The notes beneath the pieces were generated by a model. That model saw only the letters and a program-made list of their open reading frames with translations. It did not search any database and had not been told where the DNA came from. Shown here in pieces: positions 9,380-18,143 of a stretch of 64,000 nucleotides of DNA. A program made the position numbers and the translations under genes. Numbering within the stretch: the stretch's first letter is position 1; every line of letters starts with the position of its first letter. This stretch comes from Alphaproteobacteria bacterium (GTDB taxonomy: Bacteria > Pseudomonadota > Alphaproteobacteria > UBA6615), in contig JAJFJA010000059.1 in the NCBI GenBank assembly GCA_021774445.1, forward strand, positions 155,830 through 219,829, written 5' to 3'.

Positions 9380-10452
9380 GTGGAGACCTTTCGTATCCAC
9401 TGGTCCAGGGCGACCGCGACAATGATCAGCAGACCGATGGTAAACTCCTGCCACAGTGCGTCGGCGCCGGCCAGCGCCAGGCCGTTGCGGAACACCCCAA
9501 CGATCAGCGCGCCGATAAGCGTCCCGACGATCGATCCGCGGCCGCCAAACAGGCTTGTACCGCCGATCACCACGGCAGTGATCGAATCGAGGTTGGCATT
9601 GCCGCCGGATATCGGGCTGACCGCGCCGATACGACCGATCAGGGCCCAGCTCGCGGTCGCACAGATCAAGCCGGCGATCGAATACACGGCGATCAGCGTG
9701 CGTTTGGTGTTGATACCTGCGAGTCGTGCCGCATCCGGGTCGTCGCCGGTTGCATAAATATGGCGGCCGAACGCCGTTCGATTGAGCACATACCAAACCA
9801 GCCCGGCGAGCACGATCATCAACAGCGACCCATAGGTCACTCGGGCGCCACCGACTTGAAACGCCGTTCCCATATATTGCAGCAGCGGCGCGCTCGCCTC
9901 GATGTCCTGCTGACGAATTGTCGTACTGCGCGAATACCCTAGGATCAGCGCCCCGAATATGCTCCAGGTCCCGAGCGTCACAATGAACGGCGGCAACCTG
10001 ATCAACGAGACCAGGGCACCATTGAAAAAGCCGCAAGCCACACCGGCCAACAATCCCAGGCCGAACGCGATCTCCGCCGGCACGCCGGAGATCACGGCGA
10101 GGCGACCCATGACGATCGACGCCAGTATCATGATGGCGCCGACCGAGAGGTCGATGCCGGCGGTGAGGATGATCAGTGTCTGCGCGGTCCCGAGAATGGC
10201 GACAATGGTGACCTGCTGCAGGACCAGCGATAAGTTAAAGGGCGCGAAGAAGCGGCCGCCGACGATCGAACTGAACAATATGACGGCGAGCGACAGCACG
10301 ATGAACGGCACCACTGTCGGATAGGCATGCAGGAAATGATGCAGGCGCCGCAGCACGGTATTGTCGTCGATCGCGAATTCCGCCGGCGCTGTCTCGGCTG
10401 ATGCGGCCTGCTCGTACGCCGTGGCGCCCGTCGCTTCTTCGGTACTGTTCAT
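9376..10452 (-). CDS. sugar ABC transporter permease (FrcC/RbsC-like)
   Basis: polytopic membrane protein with typical CUT2 permease sequence. Confidence 0.8.
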   Translation of the reverse strand: MNSTEEATGATAYEQAASAETAPAEFAIDDNTVLRRLHHFLHAYPTVVPFIVLSLAVILFSSIVGGRFFAPFNLSLVLQQVTIVAILGTAQTLIILTAGIDLSVGAIMILASIVMGRLAVISGVPAEIAFGLGLLAGVACGFFNGALVSLIRLPPFIVTLGTWSIFGALILGYSRSTTIRQQDIEASAPLLQYMGTAFQVGGARVTYGSLLMIVLAGLVWYVLNRTAFGRHIYATGDDPDAARLAGINTKRTLIAVYSIAGLICATASWALIGRIGAVSPISGGNANLDSITAVVIGGTSLFGGRGSIVGTLIGALIVGVFRNGLALAGADALWQEFTIGLLIIVAVALDQWIRKVST

Positions 10453-10478
10453 CTGACCGTAACCACCCAGCGGAATAC

Positions 10479-10516
10479 AAAAAAAGGAAGAGCAATCCTA
10501 TCGAGATTGCTCTTCC
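10479..10516 (-). terminator. intercistronic stem-loop plus U-tract after the binding-protein gene
   Basis: perfect inverted repeat ggaagagcaatc / gattgctcttcc (10486..10516) followed on the minus strand by a tttttttg tract (10479..10485). Confidence 0.5.
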
Positions 10517-10559
10517 AGTGTCGATAATTAGTTCGTTGTCGACTCAAGGGGCGGGAATA

Positions 10560-11591
10560 TCAGCCCCAGCAAAGCTTTAGGCCTTCCGCCGAAGTAATCG
10601 ACTCAACACCCTCGACCGGCTGGTCCGTGATGAGCTTGACGCCGGTATCGAAGAACGCCAGGCCAGGCGTCGGTGCCGGCTTAGTGCCGGAGTTGGCGAA
10701 CTCGACCACGGCCTCGACACCCAGTGACGCCATCAGCAACGGGAACTGCATTGAGGTTGCGCCGATCACGCCGTCTTTGACGTTCGCGACTCCCGGGCAA
10801 CCACCGTCGACCGAGGTCATTACCACATCGTCCTGCCGGCCAGCGGCCTTCAGCGCCTCGAAAGCACCGGCGGCGGTGGGCTCGTTGATGGTGTAGACGA
10901 CGTTGATGCCGGGCTCCTTCTGCAGCAGGTTTTCCATACCCGTGCGGCCACCTTCCTCGGCGCCTTTGCCCCACTGATGACCGGCGATGCGCTCGTCGGT
11001 TTCCTCGCCGTACCGGCTCGGATCCATGATATCGATACCGAAGCCTTGCATGAAACCTTGGTCGCGCGCGGCATCCACTGTTGGCTGATTCTCCAGCGCG
11101 TCGAGGAAGGCGATCTTCGCATTCGCCGCCGCATCGTCACCAAGGGTCTTGGCCGCCCAGGCACCGATCAGCTCTCCGGCCCGGAAATTATCCGTGGCGA
11201 AGGTCGCATCGGCCGCATCGATCGGATCCAGCGGCGTATCGAGGGCGATGACCAAGATCCCCGCCTCGCGTGCTCTCTGGATCGTCGGCACGATTGCCAC
11301 CGTATCACTCGGGGTGATCAGGATACCCTTGGCGCCGGCCGCGATCAGGTTCTCCACCGCAGCGACCTGTGCGTCATTGTCGCCGTCGAATTTTCCCGCG
11401 AAGCTCTGCAGCGTGGCACCAAGTTCCGCTGCCTTCGCCTCCGCACCTTCCTTCATCTTCACGAAGAACGGATTGTTGTCGGTCTTCGTGACCAAACCGA
11501 TCAGCACATCTCCCTGTGCCCAGGCAGAGGCCCCGCTAAGCACCATCAACGCAGCGGTTGCCGCCGATATCTTCAACATTTTCGATAACAT
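10560..11591 (-). CDS. sugar ABC transporter periplasmic substrate-binding protein (FrcB/RbsB-like)
   Basis: signal peptide ending ASAWAQG, periplasmic binding protein type I fold sequence (ILITPSD, VIALDTP). Confidence 0.8.
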   Translation of the reverse strand: MLSKMLKISAATAALMVLSGASAWAQGDVLIGLVTKTDNNPFFVKMKEGAEAKAAELGATLQSFAGKFDGDNDAQVAAVENLIAAGAKGILITPSDTVAIVPTIQRAREAGILVIALDTPLDPIDAADATFATDNFRAGELIGAWAAKTLGDDAAANAKIAFLDALENQPTVDAARDQGFMQGFGIDIMDPSRYGEETDERIAGHQWGKGAEEGGRTGMENLLQKEPGINVVYTINEPTAAGAFEALKAAGRQDDVVMTSVDGGCPGVANVKDGVIGATSMQFPLLMASLGVEAVVEFANSGTKPAPTPGLAFFDTGVKLITDQPVEGVESITSAEGLKLCWG

Positions 11592-11754
11592 TGATCCCTC
11601 CCGATTGGATGCATGGCATCTCTTCTTTAGGTTCGCCTATCGAATGTTGGTTCGATCCTAAGCGACCCCGCGTAAGCACCACGATTGTCCGCGTTTCGAA
11701 CCCGCCACGCAACCCAATCGCTGCCCAACGATAGGGCCCTGGCGGTAAAATCGT

Positions 11755-11785
11755 CAATAACTAAATCAACCTGGTTTAATTATTG
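11755..11785. promoter_or_regulatory. candidate operator: 11-bp imperfect inverted repeat CAATAACTAAA-N9-TTTAATTATTG
   Basis: AT-rich palindrome in the divergent intergenic region between the transporter operon and the ROK regulator. Confidence 0.3.
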
Positions 11786-11874
11786 CTGATCCGAGCCGCT
11801 GCGGTTACGGTATCCATGTACAATCTGATCGGCGTCTGCCGCGACCCGCCGGTACATCAGTTGGGAGCAACCGA

Positions 11875-13113
11875 TTGCTTAGTAACGGCAACAACGGCCC
11901 AGCGACGGGACTGTCACATCGGAAATTGAGCCGCTCGACGGTTGTCAGCGGCGACCCCGCGCGCGTCTACAGCTACAATGAACGTGCCGTCATCCAAACC
12001 TTACGCACGCACGTGAGCGCGTCACGGGCAGACATCGCCCGGGCAACCCGATTGAGTGCTCAGACGGTCGCGGTGATTACCGACCGGCTTATGCGCGACG
12101 GGCTCGTCATCACCAAGGGACGCAAGTATGGCGGTGTCGGCCAACCATCGAAGCAACTCGCCCTGAACGCCGATGGCGCTTATTCCGTCGGTGTAAAGGT
12201 CGGCCGCCGCGGCGTCGACGTCGTCGCCATCGATTTCGCCGGCGATCTTACGAAGGACTATCATTGCGACGTCTCGTTCCCTGGCCCCGACAACCCGTTC
12301 GATACCGTCGCATCGACCATCGACAAAATCCGTCGCGGCCTGGGTGAGCGCTGGGAGCGCGTGACCGGCATAGGCATTGCGACGCCGTTCAATCCAGATG
12401 TTTGGAACAACGCCTGGTATGACGAACCCGGTGCCTCGAACGACGCGGAGCTCTACACCTGGAGCCACCTCGAGATCGGCACCCACATGCACGGACAATT
12501 CCGGCGCCCGACCTTCGTCGAGAATGACGGCACAGCCGCGGCAACTGCCGAACTGGTTTTTGGCAGAGGGCGGCAATTCGATAATTTTTTCTATATCTAT
12601 CTCGGCACCGCGCTTGGCGGTGGCATTGTCCTCAATGGCCGGAGCTATCGCGGCATCACCTCCAACGCCGGCGATTTCGCGCTGATGCCCGTGGCTGCCA
12701 AACCGGGCCAGCAGAATTTGCTGATGAACTACGTGTCCCACGCGTCGCTGCTGAGCTATCTCGCCGCACGGGGCTATCCGCACCTGTCACCGGCGGATCT
12801 TGCCGATCTGTACAAATCCCAGCCGGCTGTCTTCGATGACTGGCTCGACACCGCCGCCGATGCCCTGGTCGCCCCTCTATTATCGGTGATTTGCCTACTG
12901 GATACCGAGGCACTTGTCTTCGGCGGCCGCCTGCCGCGGGCCCTGACCACGGCCCTCACCGACCGCACCGACAGCCGCATTTCCGCCGCCGCGGACCGGC
13001 GGCTGCGCTTGCCGGAGTGTTGCGTCGGCGAAATCGACGACAACGCGCCGGCATTCGGCGCCGCCCTGTTGCCGTTCTACGCCGACTTCGCCCCGGATCG
13101 GGAACTGCTTTAG
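11875..13113 (+). CDS. ROK family transcriptional regulator
   Basis: N-terminal HTH (NERAVIQTLRTHVSASRADIARATRLSAQTVAVITDRLMRDGLV) plus ROK sugar-kinase-like body; TTG start per ORF track, exact start uncertain. Confidence 0.75.
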   Translation: MLSNGNNGPATGLSHRKLSRSTVVSGDPARVYSYNERAVIQTLRTHVSASRADIARATRLSAQTVAVITDRLMRDGLVITKGRKYGGVGQPSKQLALNADGAYSVGVKVGRRGVDVVAIDFAGDLTKDYHCDVSFPGPDNPFDTVASTIDKIRRGLGERWERVTGIGIATPFNPDVWNNAWYDEPGASNDAELYTWSHLEIGTHMHGQFRRPTFVENDGTAAATAELVFGRGRQFDNFFYIYLGTALGGGIVLNGRSYRGITSNAGDFALMPVAAKPGQQNLLMNYVSHASLLSYLAARGYPHLSPADLADLYKSQPAVFDDWLDTAADALVAPLLSVICLLDTEALVFGGRLPRALTTALTDRTDSRISAAADRRLRLPECCVGEIDDNAPAFGAALLPFYADFAPDRELL

Positions 13114-13235
13114 AAATCAACACGTTATCTACCACCACGGCGCGAACGTGCGCCGCGGTAATTTTTCGCGTAACGTCTGCCGGCACGGAGTCGCTAAGGC
13201 CCCGTCGTCACCCCGAGGCCCACGACCGCCGGTGC

Positions 13236-15413
13236 ATGGCACGACGAACCTTTCTCTTACCGGCACTTTTGCTGCTCGCGGCACTTGCGCTGAAGTTGGT
13301 CGACCCGCCTCTGCTCGAGAGTCTGCGTCTTACCGTCTTCGACACCTACCAGCGCTTGAGCCCGCGTCCTTATGAGCCGGCCCCGGTACGCATCGTCGAG
13401 ATCGACGACCCCTCCTTGCAGGAATTCGGACAATGGCCGTGGCCCCGCACCGTGGTCGCGGATCTGCTAACCCGGCTCCATCGGCTCGGCGCCACGGTGG
13501 TCGCTTTCGACATTGTTTTCTCAGACGCGGACCGCAGCTCGCCGGCCAGCATCGCCGAAGATCTGGCCGCCATTCCCGGTCTTGCGGATCTCGCGGTCCA
13601 GCTTGCCCGCCTGCCGGACAACGACGCCCGATTTGCCCAAGCCATCGCCGGCGGCCCCACCGTCCTCGGCTTCGCTCTCGCCGCCGGCGGCACCGCCCAT
13701 CCGCCGCCCGGCCTGGTAAGTCCCCTCGCTGTCGGCAGCGACGATCCGCGCCGTTTCGTCGCCAGTCTCCCCGCCGTATTGCCCAATCTGCCGCGCTTCG
13801 ACACCGCGGCAAGCGGCCTCGGCAGCATCAATGCGGTGCCCGACCGCGATGGTGTCGTGCGCCGCATTCCGTTGGTCTTGGGTCTCGGCGACCGCCTGGT
13901 CCCCACCCTCGCCACGGAGATCTTACGGGTTCACCAAAACAGCGCCGAGAATCCAACCTTGCGCATGACCCCGCGTGGCATCGCGATCGTCAAGATCGCC
14001 GGCCTGGAGATCCCGACCGATAGCGGCGGCAACGTTTGGGGCTATTTTACCCGGCCCCAGCCCGAGCGCCGCATTTCCGCGGCAGCGGTTCTGTCGGGCA
14101 CCATCGATCCGGCGCAAATCCGCGACCACATCATTCTCATCGGCCCGACGGCCACCGGCCTTGCGGATCAGCGCGCCACGCCTCTCGACAAAACCGGGCC
14201 CGGGGTCGCTATTCACGCCCAAGCGTTGGAACAGATCCTTCTTGGCGCCTTTCTCAGCCGGCCGAACTGGGCGCCGCCTCTCGAGCTTGGTTATACCCTG
14301 GTCCTCGGCCTCTTACTCATCCTGCTCTTGCCCCGCCTCGGCCCGCTGCCCTGCGCCGGGCTCGGTGCAATCGCGGCTTTCGGCGCCCTCGGCCTGTCGT
14401 GGTTGTCGTTTCGACAGGGCCAACTCCTGCTCGACCCCGTCGGCCCGTCCCTGGCCGTGCTTTTGGTTTACTTGGCGTCGACCCTGATGAGTTACATGCG
14501 GGCCGAGACCGAGCGCAGTTCGGTCCGCCGCGCCTTTAGTCGTTACGTTTCACCTGAGCTGGTCGAACGTCTGGCCGCGGACCGCTCCCAACTGCATCTC
14601 GGCGGCGAGCAGCGCACCCTAACTCTGATGTTCTGCGACATCCGCGATTTCACCGCCTTGTCCGAGCGGCAAACGCCACAATCCCTGACGAGCCTACTCA
14701 ATCGTTTCTTCACGCCGATGACCGACGTCGTGCTACGCCATCGCGGCACCATCGACAAATATATCGGCGATTGCATTATGGCGTTCTGGAATGCCCCGCT
14801 CGCCGATCCCCAGCATGCCGCGAATGCCTGCCACGCCGCACTCGAGATGCGCACCGCGCTCGCCGCGCTGAACGCCCGACTCACGGATGAAAATACGACT
14901 GCCGTCCCATCGACCTTGGCCTTCGGCATCGGCATCAACACCGGCGACGCCATGGTCGGCAATATGGGATCGGAGCAGCGCTTCGACTATTCGGCCCTCG
15001 GCGACGCCGTCAATCTCGCCGCGCGCATCGAGGGTCAGTGCAAGGTTTATGGCGTCGATATCATCATCAGTGAACACACGCACGCCCTGGCGCCTGATTT
15101 CGCCGCTCTCGAACTGGACCTCATCCGCGTCGTCGGCCGCGCCCAACCCATTCGTATCCACGCGCTGCTTGGCGACGACCGCCACCGATCTTCCCCGGAT
15201 TTCCAGGCGCTCGCCGACCAGCACCGTGAACTGATCGAGGCCTATCGATCGCGCCACTGGCCGCAAGCGCTCGAACGCCTGCAGGCGTGCCGCAGCCATC
15301 AGGTTCCCTTGCTGGACCCTGTCTACCAGCTCTATGAGCAGCGCCTCCGGGCTTACGCCGACACCCCGCCGCCCGACGGCTGGGACGGCAGCTTCGCGGC
15401 CACCGAGAAGTAG
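13236..15413 (+). CDS. CHASE2 sensor domain adenylate/guanylate cyclase (class III)
   Basis: signal/TM start MARRTFLLPALLLLAALA; CHASE2-like periplasmic region; C-terminal cyclase domain (LTLMFCDIRDFTALSE, YIGDCIMAFWNAP, GDAVNLAARIE); upstream part of ORF 12891.. overlaps ROK gene and is rejected. Confidence 0.8.
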   Translation: MARRTFLLPALLLLAALALKLVDPPLLESLRLTVFDTYQRLSPRPYEPAPVRIVEIDDPSLQEFGQWPWPRTVVADLLTRLHRLGATVVAFDIVFSDADRSSPASIAEDLAAIPGLADLAVQLARLPDNDARFAQAIAGGPTVLGFALAAGGTAHPPPGLVSPLAVGSDDPRRFVASLPAVLPNLPRFDTAASGLGSINAVPDRDGVVRRIPLVLGLGDRLVPTLATEILRVHQNSAENPTLRMTPRGIAIVKIAGLEIPTDSGGNVWGYFTRPQPERRISAAAVLSGTIDPAQIRDHIILIGPTATGLADQRATPLDKTGPGVAIHAQALEQILLGAFLSRPNWAPPLELGYTLVLGLLLILLLPRLGPLPCAGLGAIAAFGALGLSWLSFRQGQLLLDPVGPSLAVLLVYLASTLMSYMRAETERSSVRRAFSRYVSPELVERLAADRSQLHLGGEQRTLTLMFCDIRDFTALSERQTPQSLTSLLNRFFTPMTDVVLRHRGTIDKYIGDCIMAFWNAPLADPQHAANACHAALEMRTALAALNARLTDENTTAVPSTLAFGIGINTGDAMVGNMGSEQRFDYSALGDAVNLAARIEGQCKVYGVDIIISEHTHALAPDFAALELDLIRVVGRAQPIRIHALLGDDRHRSSPDFQALADQHRELIEAYRSRHWPQALERLQACRSHQVPLLDPVYQLYEQRLRAYADTPPPDGWDGSFAATEK

Positions 15414-15581
15414 TACCGCGAACTATTAGCGGCACCCCTTTCGGCGTGTCCTTTCGCCTGCTTGGACTCATCGCTCTGCGTCGCGCTAAGATGAATGACA
15501 AGGCAGCAACCAAGGCTGTCGAAAAAAAGCGACCGTGGGAGGAATTTGGTGCACGCCTGGTCCGTTCGCCGGAAAAAAGTG

Positions 15582-16991
15582 ATGCCGGCGCTGCGTTGCA
15601 CGGCCGTCGCAGCGGCCGCGCTGATGGCGGTTCTCGTCGGCTCGACCGCCGAGGCGGCTCAGACCGTCGAGCGTATCGGCAGCGCCATCCAGATCGTGCA
15701 AACGGTCACCGGCGAGATCGAGGCCAATTTCCGCTATCTGATCTTGCAGGACCCGGTTTTTCAGGACGAGGTCATCGCCACCAAGCCCGGCAGTGCTTCG
15801 CGCATCGTCTTCCGCGACAATACCGAACTTCAAGTCGGCCCGGAGGCCCGGATCACCCTCGACAATTTCGTTTTCGACCCCGATCCCTCGGTTGCACGTT
15901 TTGTGATTTCCGCCTTCGACGGCGTCTTCCGCTTCGCCACCGGCAAGCTGGCCAAAACCGCCTATCAAATCGAAACGCCGACTGCGGTCATTGGCGTGCG
16001 TGGTACCACTTTTGCGAGCATCTTCGGCCCGTCCGGTGAGCAGGTCATTTTGCTGGAGGAGGGCGTTGCGGTCACCGTGCGGGACCGCAGCGGCGGCCCT
16101 GTTCGCACCCTGTCCCAGCCGGGCTTGTCGGTGACCATCATCGCCGACGGTTTCGTCACCGAGCCCGCGCCGCCGCCGGAATGGGCGCTGGAAAAATTGC
16201 GCGAGCTGAATGCCTTGCTCGTCACCCTCGACGTGCTGATTAGGGGCGATGATCTCGACGACGACCCGCCATCCACCCCACCGCCGGCGCCCCTGCCGCC
16301 GGTGCAGGAAGCGGCGCTGCCCGCCGCCCCGCCGCCGGTCGTCGAGGCCCCCCATATTCCCGCCCCAAAACCGGCGCCGGAAAAGGCCGATCACAAGCCA
16401 TATCCGAAACCCGAGGCCAAGCCGCGACAACGTGCCTTGCGCCGCGCCGACGCCGTCGCCGCCGCGCCGGCGCACGACCACGGCCTGCCCCGGGCCAAGG
16501 ACCGCGCCGACATTCGCGCCGCCGGCGACACGGCGCACGGCAATGGTCGGTCGGACATTCGCATCGAACGTCGCGGTCGACGCGCCCGCGAGCATATCGA
16601 GCGCGATGACGGCGACGATCGGGAGTATCACGCCGATCGGCTGGAGCCGCGCCCGGCAACACCCGGCGGCGACGGGCGAGACACTCCTGCGCCCGCCACG
16701 GCCCGGCACGACCAGCAGCGAGCGGGAGACATCGCTTATAGCCGCGACACGCGCGGTCGCCATGAGCGCACCGGTCGATCCCGAAGCAATCGCGAGTACC
16801 AAAGCGTCAACACAAATCGCAGCGGCGATCGGGACCGCGGCAATCATGACCGTGGCAGAAGCGGCGGCAGCCAGGACAACACGAGTTCCCACGGCGATAA
16901 CGACCGGGGCGGCCGTGACCAGGCCAGCCGGGATCGCGGCGATTCCGGCCACGACCGTGGTGATCGTGGTCGCGGCGGGCGGCGGCGCTAG
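15582..16991 (+). CDS. secreted FecR-domain protein with Pro-rich linker and long Arg/Asp/Gly-rich low-complexity C-terminus
   Basis: signal peptide (AAALMAVLVGSTAEAAQ), FecR-type motif VIGVRGTTF, then PPSTPPPAPLPP... and RDRGDSGHDRGDRGRGGRRR tail. Confidence 0.65.
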   Translation: MPALRCTAVAAAALMAVLVGSTAEAAQTVERIGSAIQIVQTVTGEIEANFRYLILQDPVFQDEVIATKPGSASRIVFRDNTELQVGPEARITLDNFVFDPDPSVARFVISAFDGVFRFATGKLAKTAYQIETPTAVIGVRGTTFASIFGPSGEQVILLEEGVAVTVRDRSGGPVRTLSQPGLSVTIIADGFVTEPAPPPEWALEKLRELNALLVTLDVLIRGDDLDDDPPSTPPPAPLPPVQEAALPAAPPPVVEAPHIPAPKPAPEKADHKPYPKPEAKPRQRALRRADAVAAAPAHDHGLPRAKDRADIRAAGDTAHGNGRSDIRIERRGRRAREHIERDDGDDREYHADRLEPRPATPGGDGRDTPAPATARHDQQRAGDIAYSRDTRGRHERTGRSRSNREYQSVNTNRSGDRDRGNHDRGRSGGSQDNTSSHGDNDRGGRDQASRDRGDSGHDRGDRGRGGRRR

Positions 16992-17168
16992 CTGACCAAG
17001 CCTAATCGGCACGCCTGCCGATAGTTCTTGGCAGCCAACGCTTTGCTAGGTACCTCGGTAGAAATTAAGGCGACCTCGCGCTCGGAAATCGCCGCCGGCC
17101 CCTGCCTCGCGCCCGCCGTCTCCACCATGCTACCCTCCTCGGATTGATGAGCCAGGAGGGATCCAACC

Positions 17169-18143
17169 ATGTCCGTAGCAGACCGCAAGACAAAGCTTGG
17201 GCGAACCAACCTCGCCGTATCACGCATCTGTTTCGGCACCTCGTCGTTGGGGAATATGCCCGACACCTACGGTTACGCCGTCGATGAGGAACGCGCGAGA
17301 GACACCGTGCGGGCCATCTTCGCCGGCCCGGTAAACTTTCTCGACACCTCGCGTTTTTACGGATTTGGGCGCAGCGAGCAGCGTATCGGCGACGTCATCC
17401 GCGAGCGCGGTGGTCTCCCCGATGGCTTCGTTATTTCCACCAAGCTCGATCGCGACGAGGCGACCAACCGCTTCGACGCCGCCCGCGCCCGCCGCTCGCT
17501 CGAGGAAAGCCTGGCGGCCCTGGGCCTCGACCGCCTCCAGCTCGTCCATCTCCATGATCCCGAATATGCGGCCGCGCTGACGGATGTCACCGATCCGGGC
17601 GGTGCCGTGGACGAATTGTTCCGTATGAAGGAAGAGGGCCTGGTGGAAGCCGTCGGCCTCGCCGCTGGAAATGTGGAAATCATGATGCCGATCCTGCGGG
17701 ACTGGGATTTCGACGCCTTGATCACCCACAACCGCTTCACCCTCACCAATCGCAATGCCGAGAACATGATCGACTTCGCCATCGCCAAGGGAACCGCCAT
17801 TCTGAACGCCGCCCCTTATTGCGGCGGCGTGCTGGCGAAGGGCGTGTCGGCATACCCGCGTTATGTCTACCAACAGGCCGGCGACACGGCGCTCGAACCG
17901 ATCCGGCGTATCGAAGCCATCTGCGCCGCGCACGGCATTCCCACCGGCGCCGCCGCCCTGCAGTTTTCCATGCGCGACCCGCGGATCGCTTCGACGATCT
18001 GCGGTGTCAGCAAACCCGAGAGAATCCAGCAAACCATCGAGTGGGCTCAATGGCCCATCGACGCACCGGTTTGGGAGGAACTGCTCGCACTGCCCTTCGT
18101 CACCGGCGACCCGGAAGCCACCCGCGACTACAAGCCGGGCTGA
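17169..18143 (+). CDS. aldo/keto reductase family oxidoreductase
   Basis: AKR signatures (ICFGTSSLG, NFLDTSRFYGFGRSEQRIG, LQLVHLHDPE). Confidence 0.8.
   Translation: MSVADRKTKLGRTNLAVSRICFGTSSLGNMPDTYGYAVDEERARDTVRAIFAGPVNFLDTSRFYGFGRSEQRIGDVIRERGGLPDGFVISTKLDRDEATNRFDAARARRSLEESLAALGLDRLQLVHLHDPEYAAALTDVTDPGGAVDELFRMKEEGLVEAVGLAAGNVEIMMPILRDWDFDALITHNRFTLTNRNAENMIDFAIAKGTAILNAAPYCGGVLAKGVSAYPRYVYQQAGDTALEPIRRIEAICAAHGIPTGAAALQFSMRDPRIASTICGVSKPERIQQTIEWAQWPIDAPVWEELLALPFVTGDPEATRDYKPG

Noticed and set aside
12022-12783. 253-aa minus-strand ORF
   Set aside because: Antisense to the ROK regulator gene; no domain signal.
12891-13235. 5' extension of the cyclase ORF (840-aa version)
   Set aside because: The extension overlaps the 3' end of the ROK regulator and is Arg/Pro-rich junk. 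A proper signal/TM start MARRTFLL at 13236 fits CHASE2 architecture.
15486-17012. 508-aa ORF on the minus strand
   Set aside because: Completely antisense to the FecR-domain gene. Low-complexity Ala/Gly/Arg-rich translation typical of GC-rich shadow frames; no start context.
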